Source: Trueperaceae bacterium
GTDB taxonomy: Bacteria > Deinococcota > Deinococci > Deinococcales > Trueperaceae
NCBI GenBank assembly: GCA_965213925.1
Contig: OZ243927.1
Coordinates: 416,001-480,000 of the forward strand
Direction of reading: 5' to 3'
Length of the DNA: 64,000 bases
Part shown: positions 28,636 through 37,873 of the stretch, in pieces
Numbering within the stretch: position 1 is the first letter of the stretch
How the letters are laid out: each line of letters begins with the position of its first letter
Position numbers and translations under genes: made by a program
The notes under the pieces: generated by a model
What the model saw: only the letters and a program-made list of their open reading frames with translations
The model's database searches: none
What the model was told of the DNA's origin: nothing

Positions 28636-28783
28636 AGGCGAGCCGATTGGGTTCCGTTATCAGCCTGTCACGCTGGCGGTGCAGGTTCGATTCCTGCCTA
28701 GCCCTCGGGTCAGTCGTCTAAACGGTTAGGACACCAAGTCGGAAGCGATTCCGACATACCGAAGCCCGCCCACTTGCTCGCTT
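28636..28783 (+). ncRNA. Y RNA-like element 5 containing permuted tRNA with GTC (Asp) anticodon loop
   Basis: AGGCGAGC-C-GA...CTT-GCTCGCTT; GTTATC; TCAGC-CTGTCAC-GCTGG; GCAGG-TTCGATT-CCTGC; D arm TCGTCTAAACGGTTAGGAC. Confidence 0.83.
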
Positions 28784-28874
28784 TATCTTACGCGGATAGG
28801 TCGCTGAGTTCTTCTCAAATCCTTTCACCTGTCTGCTTTATCGACGCAAGCTCCAGCTCTTCTGAGCTTGTATC

Positions 28875-28953
28875 ACGCAGATATCATCCCTGAACGTGCG
28901 TGCTAGAGATTGCTTCTTCGGCTGAGCGCGTTTGTGACCAGATGCTACCTGCT
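28875..28953 (-). repeat. Repeat family B copy abutting the rsr RBS
   Basis: Reverse complement aligns with 23752-23830 and about 4076-4141. Confidence 0.7.
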
Positions 28954-28970
28954 TGAAGGAGGTGCTCGAA

Positions 28971-30563
28971 ATGCAAAAGTTCCACAAGCTCTTCTCACCC
29001 ACTAAAACGGCGCAAAACCGCCCGCTGGATAAATCGCAAATCAAGAACAGTGCGGGCGGATACGTCTGGGCGCTGGACCCGTGGAAGAGACTCGAGCGCT
29101 TCCTCATCTTGGGGACGGAGGGCGGCACGTTTTACGTCCGCGAAGCGCCCCTTACAGTGGAGAACGCCGAAAACGTCGTTAAGCTCCTCACAGAAGACGG
29201 CGTCCGTGTCGTCAACCGAGTTGCGGAGGTCAGCATGCAAGGTCGCGCTCACAAGAATGACCCAGCGCTCTTCGTCCTGGCGCTCGCATTCACGGTAGGT
29301 GACGTGGACACAAAGCGTGCAGCGGAAGCGGCGCTGCCTAAGGTCGCGCGTACTGGCACGCACCTCTTCACCTTCATGACCTACGTGAGCGAGATGCGCG
29401 GCTGGGGTCGTGTGCTGCGCCGTGCGGTAGCGGGTTGGTACGCGAGCAAAGATGTATCGGCGCTCGCTTATGGAGTCACTAAGTACGCCCAGCGCGGCGG
29501 CTGGACGCACCGCGACGCCCTACGTTTGGCGCACCCTAAGACGAATGACGCCGAGCGCGACGCGCTGTACCGTTACGTTACGGGGCATAGCGACAAGTTG
29601 AAGGAGGTGAGCGGCGAATGGGTTGACTACTTAAAGGCAGTCGAAGCGGTAAAGGTCGAAACGAACGTGCAAGCGGTCGTGGACGCCATCACGCGCTATA
29701 ACCTGCCGAGAGAGGTCATCCCTACCGAAATGCTTCGCAACAGTCAAGTCTGGGCGGCACTCCTAGCGCGTATGCCTATGACCGCGACGATTCGCAACCT
29801 CGCGACGATGACGCGCGTCGGCTTGCTGACACCTATGAGTGAAGCGTCAGAGGTCATCGCGGAACGCATCAAGAACGAAAAGGCGCTCCGCAAGGCTCGC
29901 GTCCACCCCATCGCCATCCTCGCCGCGCTGATGACCTACAGCGCAGGGCGCGGCGCAAGAGGTAAGGGTGTGTGGGAACCCGTGCAAGAGGTCGTGAACG
30001 CACTCGACACTGCGTTTTACCGCGCGTTCGAGAACGTCGTGCCGACGAACAAGCGCATCCTCATGGGGCTGGACGTATCCGGCTCGATGACCTGGGGTGA
30101 GGTGGGCGGCGTCCCTGGACTCACGCCCCGCGTCGCAAGTGCGGCACTCGCACTCGTCACGGCTTGGGCGGAGCCCAAGCACACGTTCATGGCGTTCTCG
30201 CACGAACTCGTGCCGGTCAAGATTTCGCCGCGTCAACGGCTGGACGACGTGGTGAAGCGCCTGGACGCTCTACCCTTCGGCGGGACGGACACCTCGCTGC
30301 CGATGCGTTACGCGGCGCAAAAGGGACTCGAGGTTGACGCCTTCGTCGTCCTGACCGACAACGAGACTTGGTACGGCAAGCAGCACCCCGCCGAAGCGTT
30401 GCGCGAGTACCGCCGCAAGACGGGTATCCCCGCCAAGCTCATCGTGGTCGGGATGCTCGGCAACCGCTTCACGATTGCGGACCCAAACGACGCTGGCATG
30501 TTAGATGTGGTCGGGTTCAGCACGGATACGCCGACGGTTATCGCGGATTTCATTCGCGAGTGA
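28971..30563 (+). CDS. rsr: Ro60/TROVE domain RNA-binding protein
   Basis: RBS GAAGGAGG before ATG 28971; NSAGGY, RFLILGTEGGTFY, RTGTHLF, KYAQRGGWTHRD, HPIAIL and vWA MIDAS DVSGSM, TDNE. Confidence 0.95.
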   Translation: MQKFHKLFSPTKTAQNRPLDKSQIKNSAGGYVWALDPWKRLERFLILGTEGGTFYVREAPLTVENAENVVKLLTEDGVRVVNRVAEVSMQGRAHKNDPALFVLALAFTVGDVDTKRAAEAALPKVARTGTHLFTFMTYVSEMRGWGRVLRRAVAGWYASKDVSALAYGVTKYAQRGGWTHRDALRLAHPKTNDAERDALYRYVTGHSDKLKEVSGEWVDYLKAVEAVKVETNVQAVVDAITRYNLPREVIPTEMLRNSQVWAALLARMPMTATIRNLATMTRVGLLTPMSEASEVIAERIKNEKALRKARVHPIAILAALMTYSAGRGARGKGVWEPVQEVVNALDTAFYRAFENVVPTNKRILMGLDVSGSMTWGEVGGVPGLTPRVASAALALVTAWAEPKHTFMAFSHELVPVKISPRQRLDDVVKRLDALPFGGTDTSLPMRYAAQKGLEVDAFVVLTDNETWYGKQHPAEALREYRRKTGIPAKLIVVGMLGNRFTIADPNDAGMLDVVGFSTDTPTVIADFIRE

Positions 30564-30620
30564 AACTCTAAGTTCTACACTGAGGCGCATAGGTTCAATG
30601 CCCCTCACTTCTGGAGAATC

Positions 30621-31838
30621 ATGGAATTGACGAAAAACATTTTCGGTCAACACGATGAAAAGACCTTGAAGCAGCTCGAGGACGTAGCGACGAGGGCTGA
30701 TAGAGTCGCCCTCATGTCAGACGGACACTTGGGCTACGTGATGCCCATCGGCGGCGTTGCTGCTTATGACAATAAAGTATCTGTCGCAGGCGTCGGCTTC
30801 GATATTGCGTGCGGGAACGCAGCCATCAAGACGAACTTGACCTTGGAACAACTCGAGCCCAACCTCACCACCCTCGCTGACGAAATCGCCGAGATCATCT
30901 CGTTTGGCGTTGGACGCAAAAACACCTCGGACGACGCGCCTGTGAATGACCCGCTCTTTGAGGACGCCGCTTGGGAAGTTGTCCCCACCAAAAAGGGCGT
31001 GCGCCAGCGTCTTTTAGACAAAGCGCGTAACCAGCTTGGCACGGTGGGCTCGGGCAATCACTACGTGGACGTCTTCGCGGACGAGAAGGGCGTGATTTGG
31101 GTCGGGGTGCATTTTGGCTCTCGCGGTTTCGGTCACACCGTCGCCTCCACCTTCATGGCGCTCCATCAGGGCGGCAAGTGGGGCGATAAGGGTAAGGAGA
31201 GCGAGGCACTTCTCAGCTTAGACGACGAGTTGGGCAAGGACTACTGGGCACTCATGACGCTCGCGGGGCGCTACGCCTACGTCGGGCGCGAGTGGGTCGC
31301 GCGTAAAGTCGTGGAGATTTTTGGGGGGACAGAGCAGGAACTCGTCCACAACCACCACAACTACGCCTGGAAAGAGGTGCATGACGGGCGTGAACTCGTC
31401 GTCGTGCGTAAAGGGGCGACGCCCGCTTTCCCTAGTCAAAAAGGCTTCGTCGGCGGCAGCATGGGCGACAACGCCGTCATTTTACAAGGTCGTGCGGATG
31501 CGGACGACGCAACCAAAGAACAACAAGCGTCAGCGCTCTACTCCACCGTTCACGGCGCAGGTCGCGTGATGAGCCGCACGCAGGCGGCGGGTAAGTGGGA
31601 CTATAAGCGCAAAGTCCGCAAGACTGAGGGGCTAATTTCAACAGAGATGATGCACGATTGGCTCGCCGAGAAAGGGGTCATCTTGCGCGGCGGCGGCTTG
31701 GACGAAGCGCCGCAGGCGTACCGCAGGTTGCCGGGCGTGTTGGCGTCGCAAGGCGCAACGGTTGAGGTCTTGCATACGCTCACGCCGCTTATCGTGGTGA
31801 TGGCAGGGGCGAACGAGTTTGATCCGTATAAGGATTGA
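30621..31838 (+). CDS. rtcB: RtcB family RNA ligase
   Basis: DGHLGY, GFDIACG, GTVGSGNHY, HFGSRG, HNHHN, RKGATPA, HGAGR and DEAPQAYR. Confidence 0.95.
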   Translation: MELTKNIFGQHDEKTLKQLEDVATRADRVALMSDGHLGYVMPIGGVAAYDNKVSVAGVGFDIACGNAAIKTNLTLEQLEPNLTTLADEIAEIISFGVGRKNTSDDAPVNDPLFEDAAWEVVPTKKGVRQRLLDKARNQLGTVGSGNHYVDVFADEKGVIWVGVHFGSRGFGHTVASTFMALHQGGKWGDKGKESEALLSLDDELGKDYWALMTLAGRYAYVGREWVARKVVEIFGGTEQELVHNHHNYAWKEVHDGRELVVVRKGATPAFPSQKGFVGGSMGDNAVILQGRADADDATKEQQASALYSTVHGAGRVMSRTQAAGKWDYKRKVRKTEGLISTEMMHDWLAEKGVILRGGGLDEAPQAYRRLPGVLASQGATVEVLHTLTPLIVVMAGANEFDPYKD

Positions 31839-31902
31839 TTTGCCGCGTCTCCCTTCCTCTTCTGAAGCCTTGGATTTTCAGCGAACAGAGTTTGTCAGCT
31901 TG

Positions 31903-32433
31903 TCAAGTTCCTGACAAGCTGATCCGCTCGAGCCCACCCCAAAGCGCCCAAGCTGTGACGACGGTGGCGTGAAACGCCACCGCGGTCCACAAGGAGCCGC
32001 TGCGCACGTAGAGCACCAGGCAGAGGAGCCCTAAGAGCGCAGTGAGCAGCAAAAAGGTCGGTGAGGTGAATGCAGCTAGGGCGTCCGGTCTGAAGAGGTA
32101 GGCACTAAGCGGATGCGCGCCCACGTAGAGCGCGAGCGAGGCCGCGCCCCAGCCGAGCCGCGCACGCCTTAACGCCCATCCCGGAGGCGGGTTCAAGAGC
32201 CCCCTGAAGAGAAGCTCTTCGGTCAACGCGGGCGTGACGAAAACGCGAGCGAAGAGGAGGAGCGCCGAGCCCAGACCCGGCCACCTAAGCGCCGCGATGA
32301 GGTCCGCCCACCCCGCGAGCGGGTAGGCGACGAGGGCAAAGGAGCCCGCTACTAACATCGTCTCGCCCCAGGCGCGCGGCGTAGGGCGACGGGTTAGGAG
32401 TGCGAGACGGCGCTGGAGCCACTTGGGAGGCAT
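31903..32433 (-). CDS. CPBP family intramembrane protease
   Basis: PALTEELLFRG, H-P and SGSLW...FH. Confidence 0.8.
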   Translation of the reverse strand: MPPKWLQRRLALLTRRPTPRAWGETMLVAGSFALVAYPLAGWADLIAALRWPGLGSALLLFARVFVTPALTEELLFRGLLNPPPGWALRRARLGWGAASLALYVGAHPLSAYLFRPDALAAFTSPTFLLLTALLGLLCLVLYVRSGSLWTAVAFHATVVTAWALWGGLERISLSGT

Positions 32434-32527
32434 ACGCCCACCTTATTACGAAGAAGGACGAAAGGCGACAAAGGAACCGGGATGCGCGGCGCGATCTGCT
32501 ACACTGCGGCGCGTGAGCCTTTGAGCG

Positions 32528-33043
32528 ATGACCCACATAGAAGCTAAAGACCTCATCCGCAGGGAAGTGCCGCGTACGGGTGGCACCTGGGCTGACCTTG
32601 GGGCGGGCTCGGGCGTGTTCACCCGAGCGCTCGCCGATTTGCTCGGACCTGCGGGGACGGTTTACGCGCTAGACCGACAGCCTGCCCGCGCGCCGCTCGC
32701 CATTTCAGGTGGGTCGACTATTATTCCTATGCAGGCGGACTTCACGAAGCCCCTCGAGCTGCCTCCCCTAGACGGGCTGCTGATGGCGAACGCGCTGCAC
32801 TTCGCGCGCCGCCACGAGCGAGTGCTTACGCAGCTCGTAGGTCACCTCCGACCGGGCGGCACCTTCCTGTTGGTCGAGTACGACCTGAAGAGGGGCAGCC
32901 CTTGGATTCCTTTTCCGGTTCCCTTCACGGCGTTCGGGCGGCTCGCTGCTCGGGTCGGGCTGAGTGAGCCCGAAGAGGTGGGACGCCGTCCCTCACGCTA
33001 CGGACCGCGCGAACTATATGCCGCCGCCGCAGTAAAGACTTGA
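32528..33043 (+). CDS. Class I SAM-dependent methyltransferase
   Basis: WADLGAGSG, ANALHF and LRPGG. Confidence 0.85.
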   Translation: MTHIEAKDLIRREVPRTGGTWADLGAGSGVFTRALADLLGPAGTVYALDRQPARAPLAISGGSTIIPMQADFTKPLELPPLDGLLMANALHFARRHERVLTQLVGHLRPGGTFLLVEYDLKRGSPWIPFPVPFTAFGRLAARVGLSEPEEVGRRPSRYGPRELYAAAAVKT

Positions 33044-33429
33044 ATCTAGGAAGGTGTCTGAAAGGAGCGTACTCCTTGGATTGGCGCGGCTTGTCGACAC
33101 AGGGCACACCGTAGCGGCTTAGGTCAGCGCTTCACTACTTAGGATACAAAGCACCGTAGAGATAGCGGGCGCTCTAAGCTGCTACTTCGTGTAGCCATCA
33201 AGCAAGCTGGGCTCGAGCTGACGGACGCTTTCGCCGACATGCTGCGCGTGCGTTAAGCGAAGCAGGTTTTCAAGTACCCTAGCTCGAGCCCTCTTTGTCT
33301 CTTCATGTTGGTTCAAAGCGCCTAAACGTTCTGCGCTGTTGCGCTAATATGGACCATGCTGGACACGACCGAGAACGCCAAGGTGCGCTCCAATAAATCT
33401 ACATAAACCTCTCGAGGAGGCCGTTACTT

Positions 33430-34977
33430 GTGACCGAGGCTGGACCATCCACGCGGCAAGCTGAACCGCATTCTACGCAACGTGCGGCTCAGCCGTCCGA
33501 ACAACACTTCGGCGTCGTCATCGTCGGCGCAGGGCTCTCGGGAATCGGCGCGGCGTGTTATGTGCAGCAGCGTCTCCCGGACAAGACGTTCACCCTTTTA
33601 GAAGCGCGGGGCAACTTAGGCGGCACCTGGGACCTGTTCCGCTACCCTGGCGTGCGCTCCGACTCCGATATGCAAACGCTCGGTTTTAGCTTCCGCCCCT
33701 GGACGAGCGACAGGTCCATCGCCGACCGGTCCGACATCTTTAGCTACATCAAGGAGACCGCCGAAGCGTACGATATCGAGCGGCACATCAAATACCATCA
33801 CGCGCTCCACAAAGCCTTATGGTGTTCTGAAAGGGCGCAGTGGCGGCTCGAGGTCGCTAGAGAAGGCGAACCGGTCTCAGTCACCTGCGACTTTCTCTAC
33901 ATGTGCAGCGGCTACTACGATTACGACGCGGGCTACACCCCGCAGTGGCAGGACATGGCGGCGTACGGGGGGAAACTCGTCCACCCGCAAGCGTGGCCCG
34001 AAGACCTCTCTGTAGAGGGAAAGCGCGTTGTCGTCATCGGCAGCGGCGCAACGGCCGTGACGCTCGTGCCCGAACTCGCCAAAGAAGCCGCGCACGTCAC
34101 CATGCTGCAACGTTCGCCCTCCTACATCGCCGCGCTGCCCGCCGAAGACGAACTCGCGAAAGGGCTCCACCGTTTCTTGCCGAGTCGCTTCGCACACCGC
34201 TTGGTGCGCTGGAAGAACCTGCTGCAAGGGATGTACATCTACGGGCTGTCGCGCTGGAAACCGGAGCTGGTCAAACGCTCGCTCATCAAAGAGGTGCAAA
34301 AAGAACTCGGACCCGACTACGACGTCGCGACGCACTTCACGCCGCGCTACAACCCCTGGGACCAACGCCTATGCCTCGCGCCCGACGGCGACTTTTTCGA
34401 AGCGCTCAAGTCCGGGAGCGCGTCTATCGTTACCGACGAGATCGCCTCGTTCACGGAGACGGGCTTGCGGCTCGCTTCGGGCGAGCATCTGGAGGCGGAC
34501 GTCATCGTGAGCGCGACCGGGCTCAAGCTCAAGATGGTCGGCGGCGTGCAGCTTTTCGTGGACAGCGCGCCTGTCGACGTCGCCAACACGCTCTCCTACA
34601 AAGGTGCGATGTATAGCGGCGTCCCCAACTTCGCCTCGGCGCTCGGGTACACGAACGCCTCGTGGACGCTCAAATGTGAACTGATTTCTAAGTTCGTCTG
34701 CCGCGTGCTCGCCTACATGGACGCGCGCGCTTACGACACCTGTACGCCCCGCTTGCCGGATGAGGCGATGCCGACGCAGCCTGCCGTCGGTCTAACCTCG
34801 GGGTACATCAAGCGCTCGGAGCATCTCCTGCCCAAGCAGGGTGAAAAGAAGCCCTGGAAGATTTATCAGAACTATTTCCAGGATGTCGCGGCGCTCGGCT
34901 TCGGCAGCTTGGAGGATGGGACACTCGAGTTTGAAAGAAGGTCTCACGCGGCTTCTCCTGTACACGGTTCAGGCTGA
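33430..34977 (+). CDS. Flavin-containing monooxygenase (EthA-like BVMO)
   Basis: GAGLSG, GGTWDLFRYPGVRSDSD, HPQAWP, GSGATAVT, PWDQRLC and GYTNASWTL. Confidence 0.9.
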   Translation: MTEAGPSTRQAEPHSTQRAAQPSEQHFGVVIVGAGLSGIGAACYVQQRLPDKTFTLLEARGNLGGTWDLFRYPGVRSDSDMQTLGFSFRPWTSDRSIADRSDIFSYIKETAEAYDIERHIKYHHALHKALWCSERAQWRLEVAREGEPVSVTCDFLYMCSGYYDYDAGYTPQWQDMAAYGGKLVHPQAWPEDLSVEGKRVVVIGSGATAVTLVPELAKEAAHVTMLQRSPSYIAALPAEDELAKGLHRFLPSRFAHRLVRWKNLLQGMYIYGLSRWKPELVKRSLIKEVQKELGPDYDVATHFTPRYNPWDQRLCLAPDGDFFEALKSGSASIVTDEIASFTETGLRLASGEHLEADVIVSATGLKLKMVGGVQLFVDSAPVDVANTLSYKGAMYSGVPNFASALGYTNASWTLKCELISKFVCRVLAYMDARAYDTCTPRLPDEAMPTQPAVGLTSGYIKRSEHLLPKQGEKKPWKIYQNYFQDVAALGFGSLEDGTLEFERRSHAASPVHGSG

Positions 34978-35031
34978 TCGGGTCCCAAAAATTTCTCTTC
35001 GCTCCGTTTGTCCTCCCAGTAGACTGCGTTC

Positions 35032-36363
35032 ATGCAGTGGACGAGCGAGCGAGTTCTAGCCCTCGCGCCTGACAGCAGTTCGGTCAAGGCGGTTAAAAAG
35101 CTCTCAACGCTAAGCAAGTGGTCGAATCTAGGCGACAACGCGCGAGCGCTCTGGGGCGAATGCAAGGGCAGCGGCAGCAAGCCCTACTTAACCCAGATCG
35201 ACTTAGAAGGCGGTCCTTCCTTCAAGTGCTCGTGTCCGAGCCGTAAATTCCCCTGCAAACACGGTCTCGCGCTCTTTTTGCTGCGCGTTGACCAAGCGGG
35301 CGCGTTCGGCAGCGGCGAACCGCCCGACTGGGTCAGTGAGTGGTTGGAGGAGCGCAGCAAACGCGACGAGACCCAAGCCAAACGCGCCGAAACCAAGGCG
35401 AAAAAAGACGCCGACCCCGAAGCCACCGCGAAGCGCGCGGAAAAACGCGAAGCCAACATTCAGGCGGGCGTTCGCGACTTGGAGCGGTGGCTGTGCGACC
35501 TCGTGCGCCGGGGTCTCGCCAGCGTTCAGAGGGAACCTTACGCCTTTTGGGACGAGATGGCGAGCCGCATGGTGGACGCGCAAGCGCCGGGGTTAGCCAA
35601 CCGCTTGCGCGTGCTCGGTGGTCTGGCGGTGCGGGGCGAAGCGCAGGTGGACGTGCTACTCGAGCACCTCGGGCTTTTACACCTCTTGCTCGAGGGCTAC
35701 AGCCGCATAGACACGTTAGCGCAGGCGCTGCAAGCGGATATCAGAACGCAACTCGGTTTGACACAGGACCAGAACGCGCTGCTGCAACAACCAGGCATCA
35801 GAGACCGCTGGCAAGTCTTAGGTCAGGCGAGCGAGAACGAGAACAACCTTACGGCGCGGCGTTCGTGGCTGCGCGGCGAGCGGAGCGGGCGCACGGTGTT
35901 CGTCCTCGACTTTGCCTACGGCGGGGCGTTTACCGACGAGTCTTTGCTCGTGAACACCGCCTTCGAGGGCGAACTCGTTCTCTTCGAGGGTCACGCGCCG
36001 CAGCGGGCGCTCGTCAAAACATGGGAGGAGAGCGAAGTGCTGAGCAGCTTCAGCGCCGAAATGGACATTTTGAACGGCACGGCGCACTACGCGCAGGCGC
36101 TCGCCGCCCAGCCGTGGCTGACGCGCTATCCGCTCGCCCTCGAGGAGGTCCAACTCATACCGACATGTGGTGAGAAGAGCGAGACCTGGCTCCTCACGGA
36201 CGCCTCGCATCAGCTTCCCGTCCACCCCGACTTCGCTCAGGGCTGGACGCTCCCCGCGGTGAGCGGCGGGCAGCCGCTGACGCTCTTCGGCGAGTGGGAC
36301 GGACGCGCCTTTTTACCCCTCGCGGCGAGCTTGACGGACAAGACGGTGAGACTGCATGGTTAG
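35032..36363 (+). CDS. SWIM zinc finger protein (YehQ-like)
   Basis: GSGSKPY, CSCPSRKFPCKH and RMVDAQAPG. Confidence 0.85.
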   Translation: MQWTSERVLALAPDSSSVKAVKKLSTLSKWSNLGDNARALWGECKGSGSKPYLTQIDLEGGPSFKCSCPSRKFPCKHGLALFLLRVDQAGAFGSGEPPDWVSEWLEERSKRDETQAKRAETKAKKDADPEATAKRAEKREANIQAGVRDLERWLCDLVRRGLASVQREPYAFWDEMASRMVDAQAPGLANRLRVLGGLAVRGEAQVDVLLEHLGLLHLLLEGYSRIDTLAQALQADIRTQLGLTQDQNALLQQPGIRDRWQVLGQASENENNLTARRSWLRGERSGRTVFVLDFAYGGAFTDESLLVNTAFEGELVLFEGHAPQRALVKTWEESEVLSSFSAEMDILNGTAHYAQALAAQPWLTRYPLALEEVQLIPTCGEKSETWLLTDASHQLPVHPDFAQGWTLPAVSGGQPLTLFGEWDGRAFLPLAASLTDKTVRLHG

Positions 36364-36414
36364 GGCGGTTGCGGTGGCGCGGCGTCGCAACGCCAGTTTG
36401 ACGGAGGAACGCCC

Positions 36415-37866
36415 GTGAGTTGGGACGCGCTCCAAAAGGGTGCGCTCTTAGGAACCGAGCGGCAAGCATACGAAGGCACGCTGCTCGCTGCAAGCCCTGA
36501 AGCGCAACTCCTGAGCGACGCGGCGGCGCTTACGTTGCAGCGTAAGGCGGGGCGTGTGCCCGCCGCGCGCAACCCCGACGACGCTCCTGCGCCCTGCCCA
36601 GAAGACGCGCAGCCCGCCGCCACTTACACCGCGACCTTACGAACGCTGCTCGAGACCCGCACCCACAGCCCCCTGCTTGCGCAGTGGTTGGACTGCGCCC
36701 AACGTGCCGACTTGCGCGCGCCCGAGCAGAGCCTGCCCGATTTGCTCGAGTACGGCAGACACGCCGCCGAGCTGCGCCCCGCTATCCGCGCCGTGCTAGG
36801 CGAAAGAGGTCGCTGGCTCGCGCGTTTGAATCGGGCGTGGGGCTGGGCGCTCAGACCTGAGGGGTGGATAGTCAATGGCGAAGTCATCCCCGAGGTGCGC
36901 CGCCGCGAGCCAGCACGCGCCCGCTCGCTCACCGAACAGGTATGGCAAGAGATGAGCGCACAGACGCGCACCGAGGTGGTCGATTGCCTCAGCGTCAACC
37001 TCAGCCTGGCGGACGAACCCTTTTTGGAACGCGCGTTGACTGACCGCAGCAAGAGCGTCCGTAGGAGCGCCTCAAGGCTCCTCACCCTTTTGCCCGGTTC
37101 CGCACTGAGCCGCCGCATGGCTAGGCGTGCCGATGCGCTTTTGAGCCTCGTGCCACAAGGCTCTAAAAAGGTCGTGACCTTAAACCTCCTCGCCCAAGCC
37201 GACGACGCCCTCTTGCCTGGCGGTATCGAACCGGAGAAAACGCGCGACGAGGGCGAGCGGGCGAGCCTGACGCGGCAGGTGCTAGAGGGCGTGCCGCTCG
37301 AGCATCTCACAGAACGCTTCGGTGAGCAGCCAAGCGTCCTCATCGACGCTGCTCTCGAAAATAAGGAGTGGGGCGCACTTATCTTGGCAGCGTGGACCGT
37401 GCGCACCGTGCGGGCGCAAAACACAGCGTGGGCACGAGCCTTCTTCGAGAAGCGCTCGAAGCTCATAAATATTACCTATACGGCGCTGCCCGACCTCTTT
37501 CGCCTGAGCATCCCCGCAGAGGAGCGCGACGCCTACCTCTTGGCTGAGGTCCGCCGCCACAAGCCGCCCTTGTATAAACATGGTGACTTAGCAGCGCTTC
37601 TCCACGCTCACGAACGCGCGTGGTCGCCCGCGCTGACGGCGGCGGTGCTGGCGGGTTTACCCGCCGACCTGAGCAGCGCCAAACACTACCGCCCCAACCT
37701 GCAAAGTTTCTACACCGCGTGCGCGCACTCCATGCACCCGGCGACGCTACAAGAGGTTCTCCAGACGCTTACCTTGCCCGAAAGTGCAAACTGGATAGAT
37801 ACCCTACTCGCCTATCTGCGCGACGTGGCCAACCTGCGCCGCGCCATCCTCGAGGAGTTCAGGTAA
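36415..37866 (+). CDS. DUF5691-like helical protein
   Basis: ALLGTER, LGERGRWLARLN..W and DEPFLERALTDRSKSVR; this position in SWIM-MoxR operons is typical. Confidence 0.65.
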   Translation: MSWDALQKGALLGTERQAYEGTLLAASPEAQLLSDAAALTLQRKAGRVPAARNPDDAPAPCPEDAQPAATYTATLRTLLETRTHSPLLAQWLDCAQRADLRAPEQSLPDLLEYGRHAAELRPAIRAVLGERGRWLARLNRAWGWALRPEGWIVNGEVIPEVRRREPARARSLTEQVWQEMSAQTRTEVVDCLSVNLSLADEPFLERALTDRSKSVRRSASRLLTLLPGSALSRRMARRADALLSLVPQGSKKVVTLNLLAQADDALLPGGIEPEKTRDEGERASLTRQVLEGVPLEHLTERFGEQPSVLIDAALENKEWGALILAAWTVRTVRAQNTAWARAFFEKRSKLINITYTALPDLFRLSIPAEERDAYLLAEVRRHKPPLYKHGDLAALLHAHERAWSPALTAAVLAGLPADLSSAKHYRPNLQSFYTACAHSMHPATLQEVLQTLTLPESANWIDTLLAYLRDVANLRRAILEEFR

Positions 37867-37873
37867 TCGACCC

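Noticed and set aside
27854..28783. Calling the T-arm-containing elements ordinary tRNAs or tRNA pseudogenes
   Set aside because: Arm order is permuted (T arm before D arm), acceptor stems are closed by loops, and each is enclosed by a conserved Ro-type stem. Only 28157-28232 and 28420-28493 are canonical cloverleaves.
28790..28953. Seventh Y RNA directly upstream of rsr
   Set aside because: It lacks the C-GA/CTT bulged stem, and much of it matches interspersed repeat family B found elsewhere in the window.
33160..33260. Possible HicA-like toxin remnant (IKQAGL)
   Set aside because: Too short, with no start codon or supporting motif.
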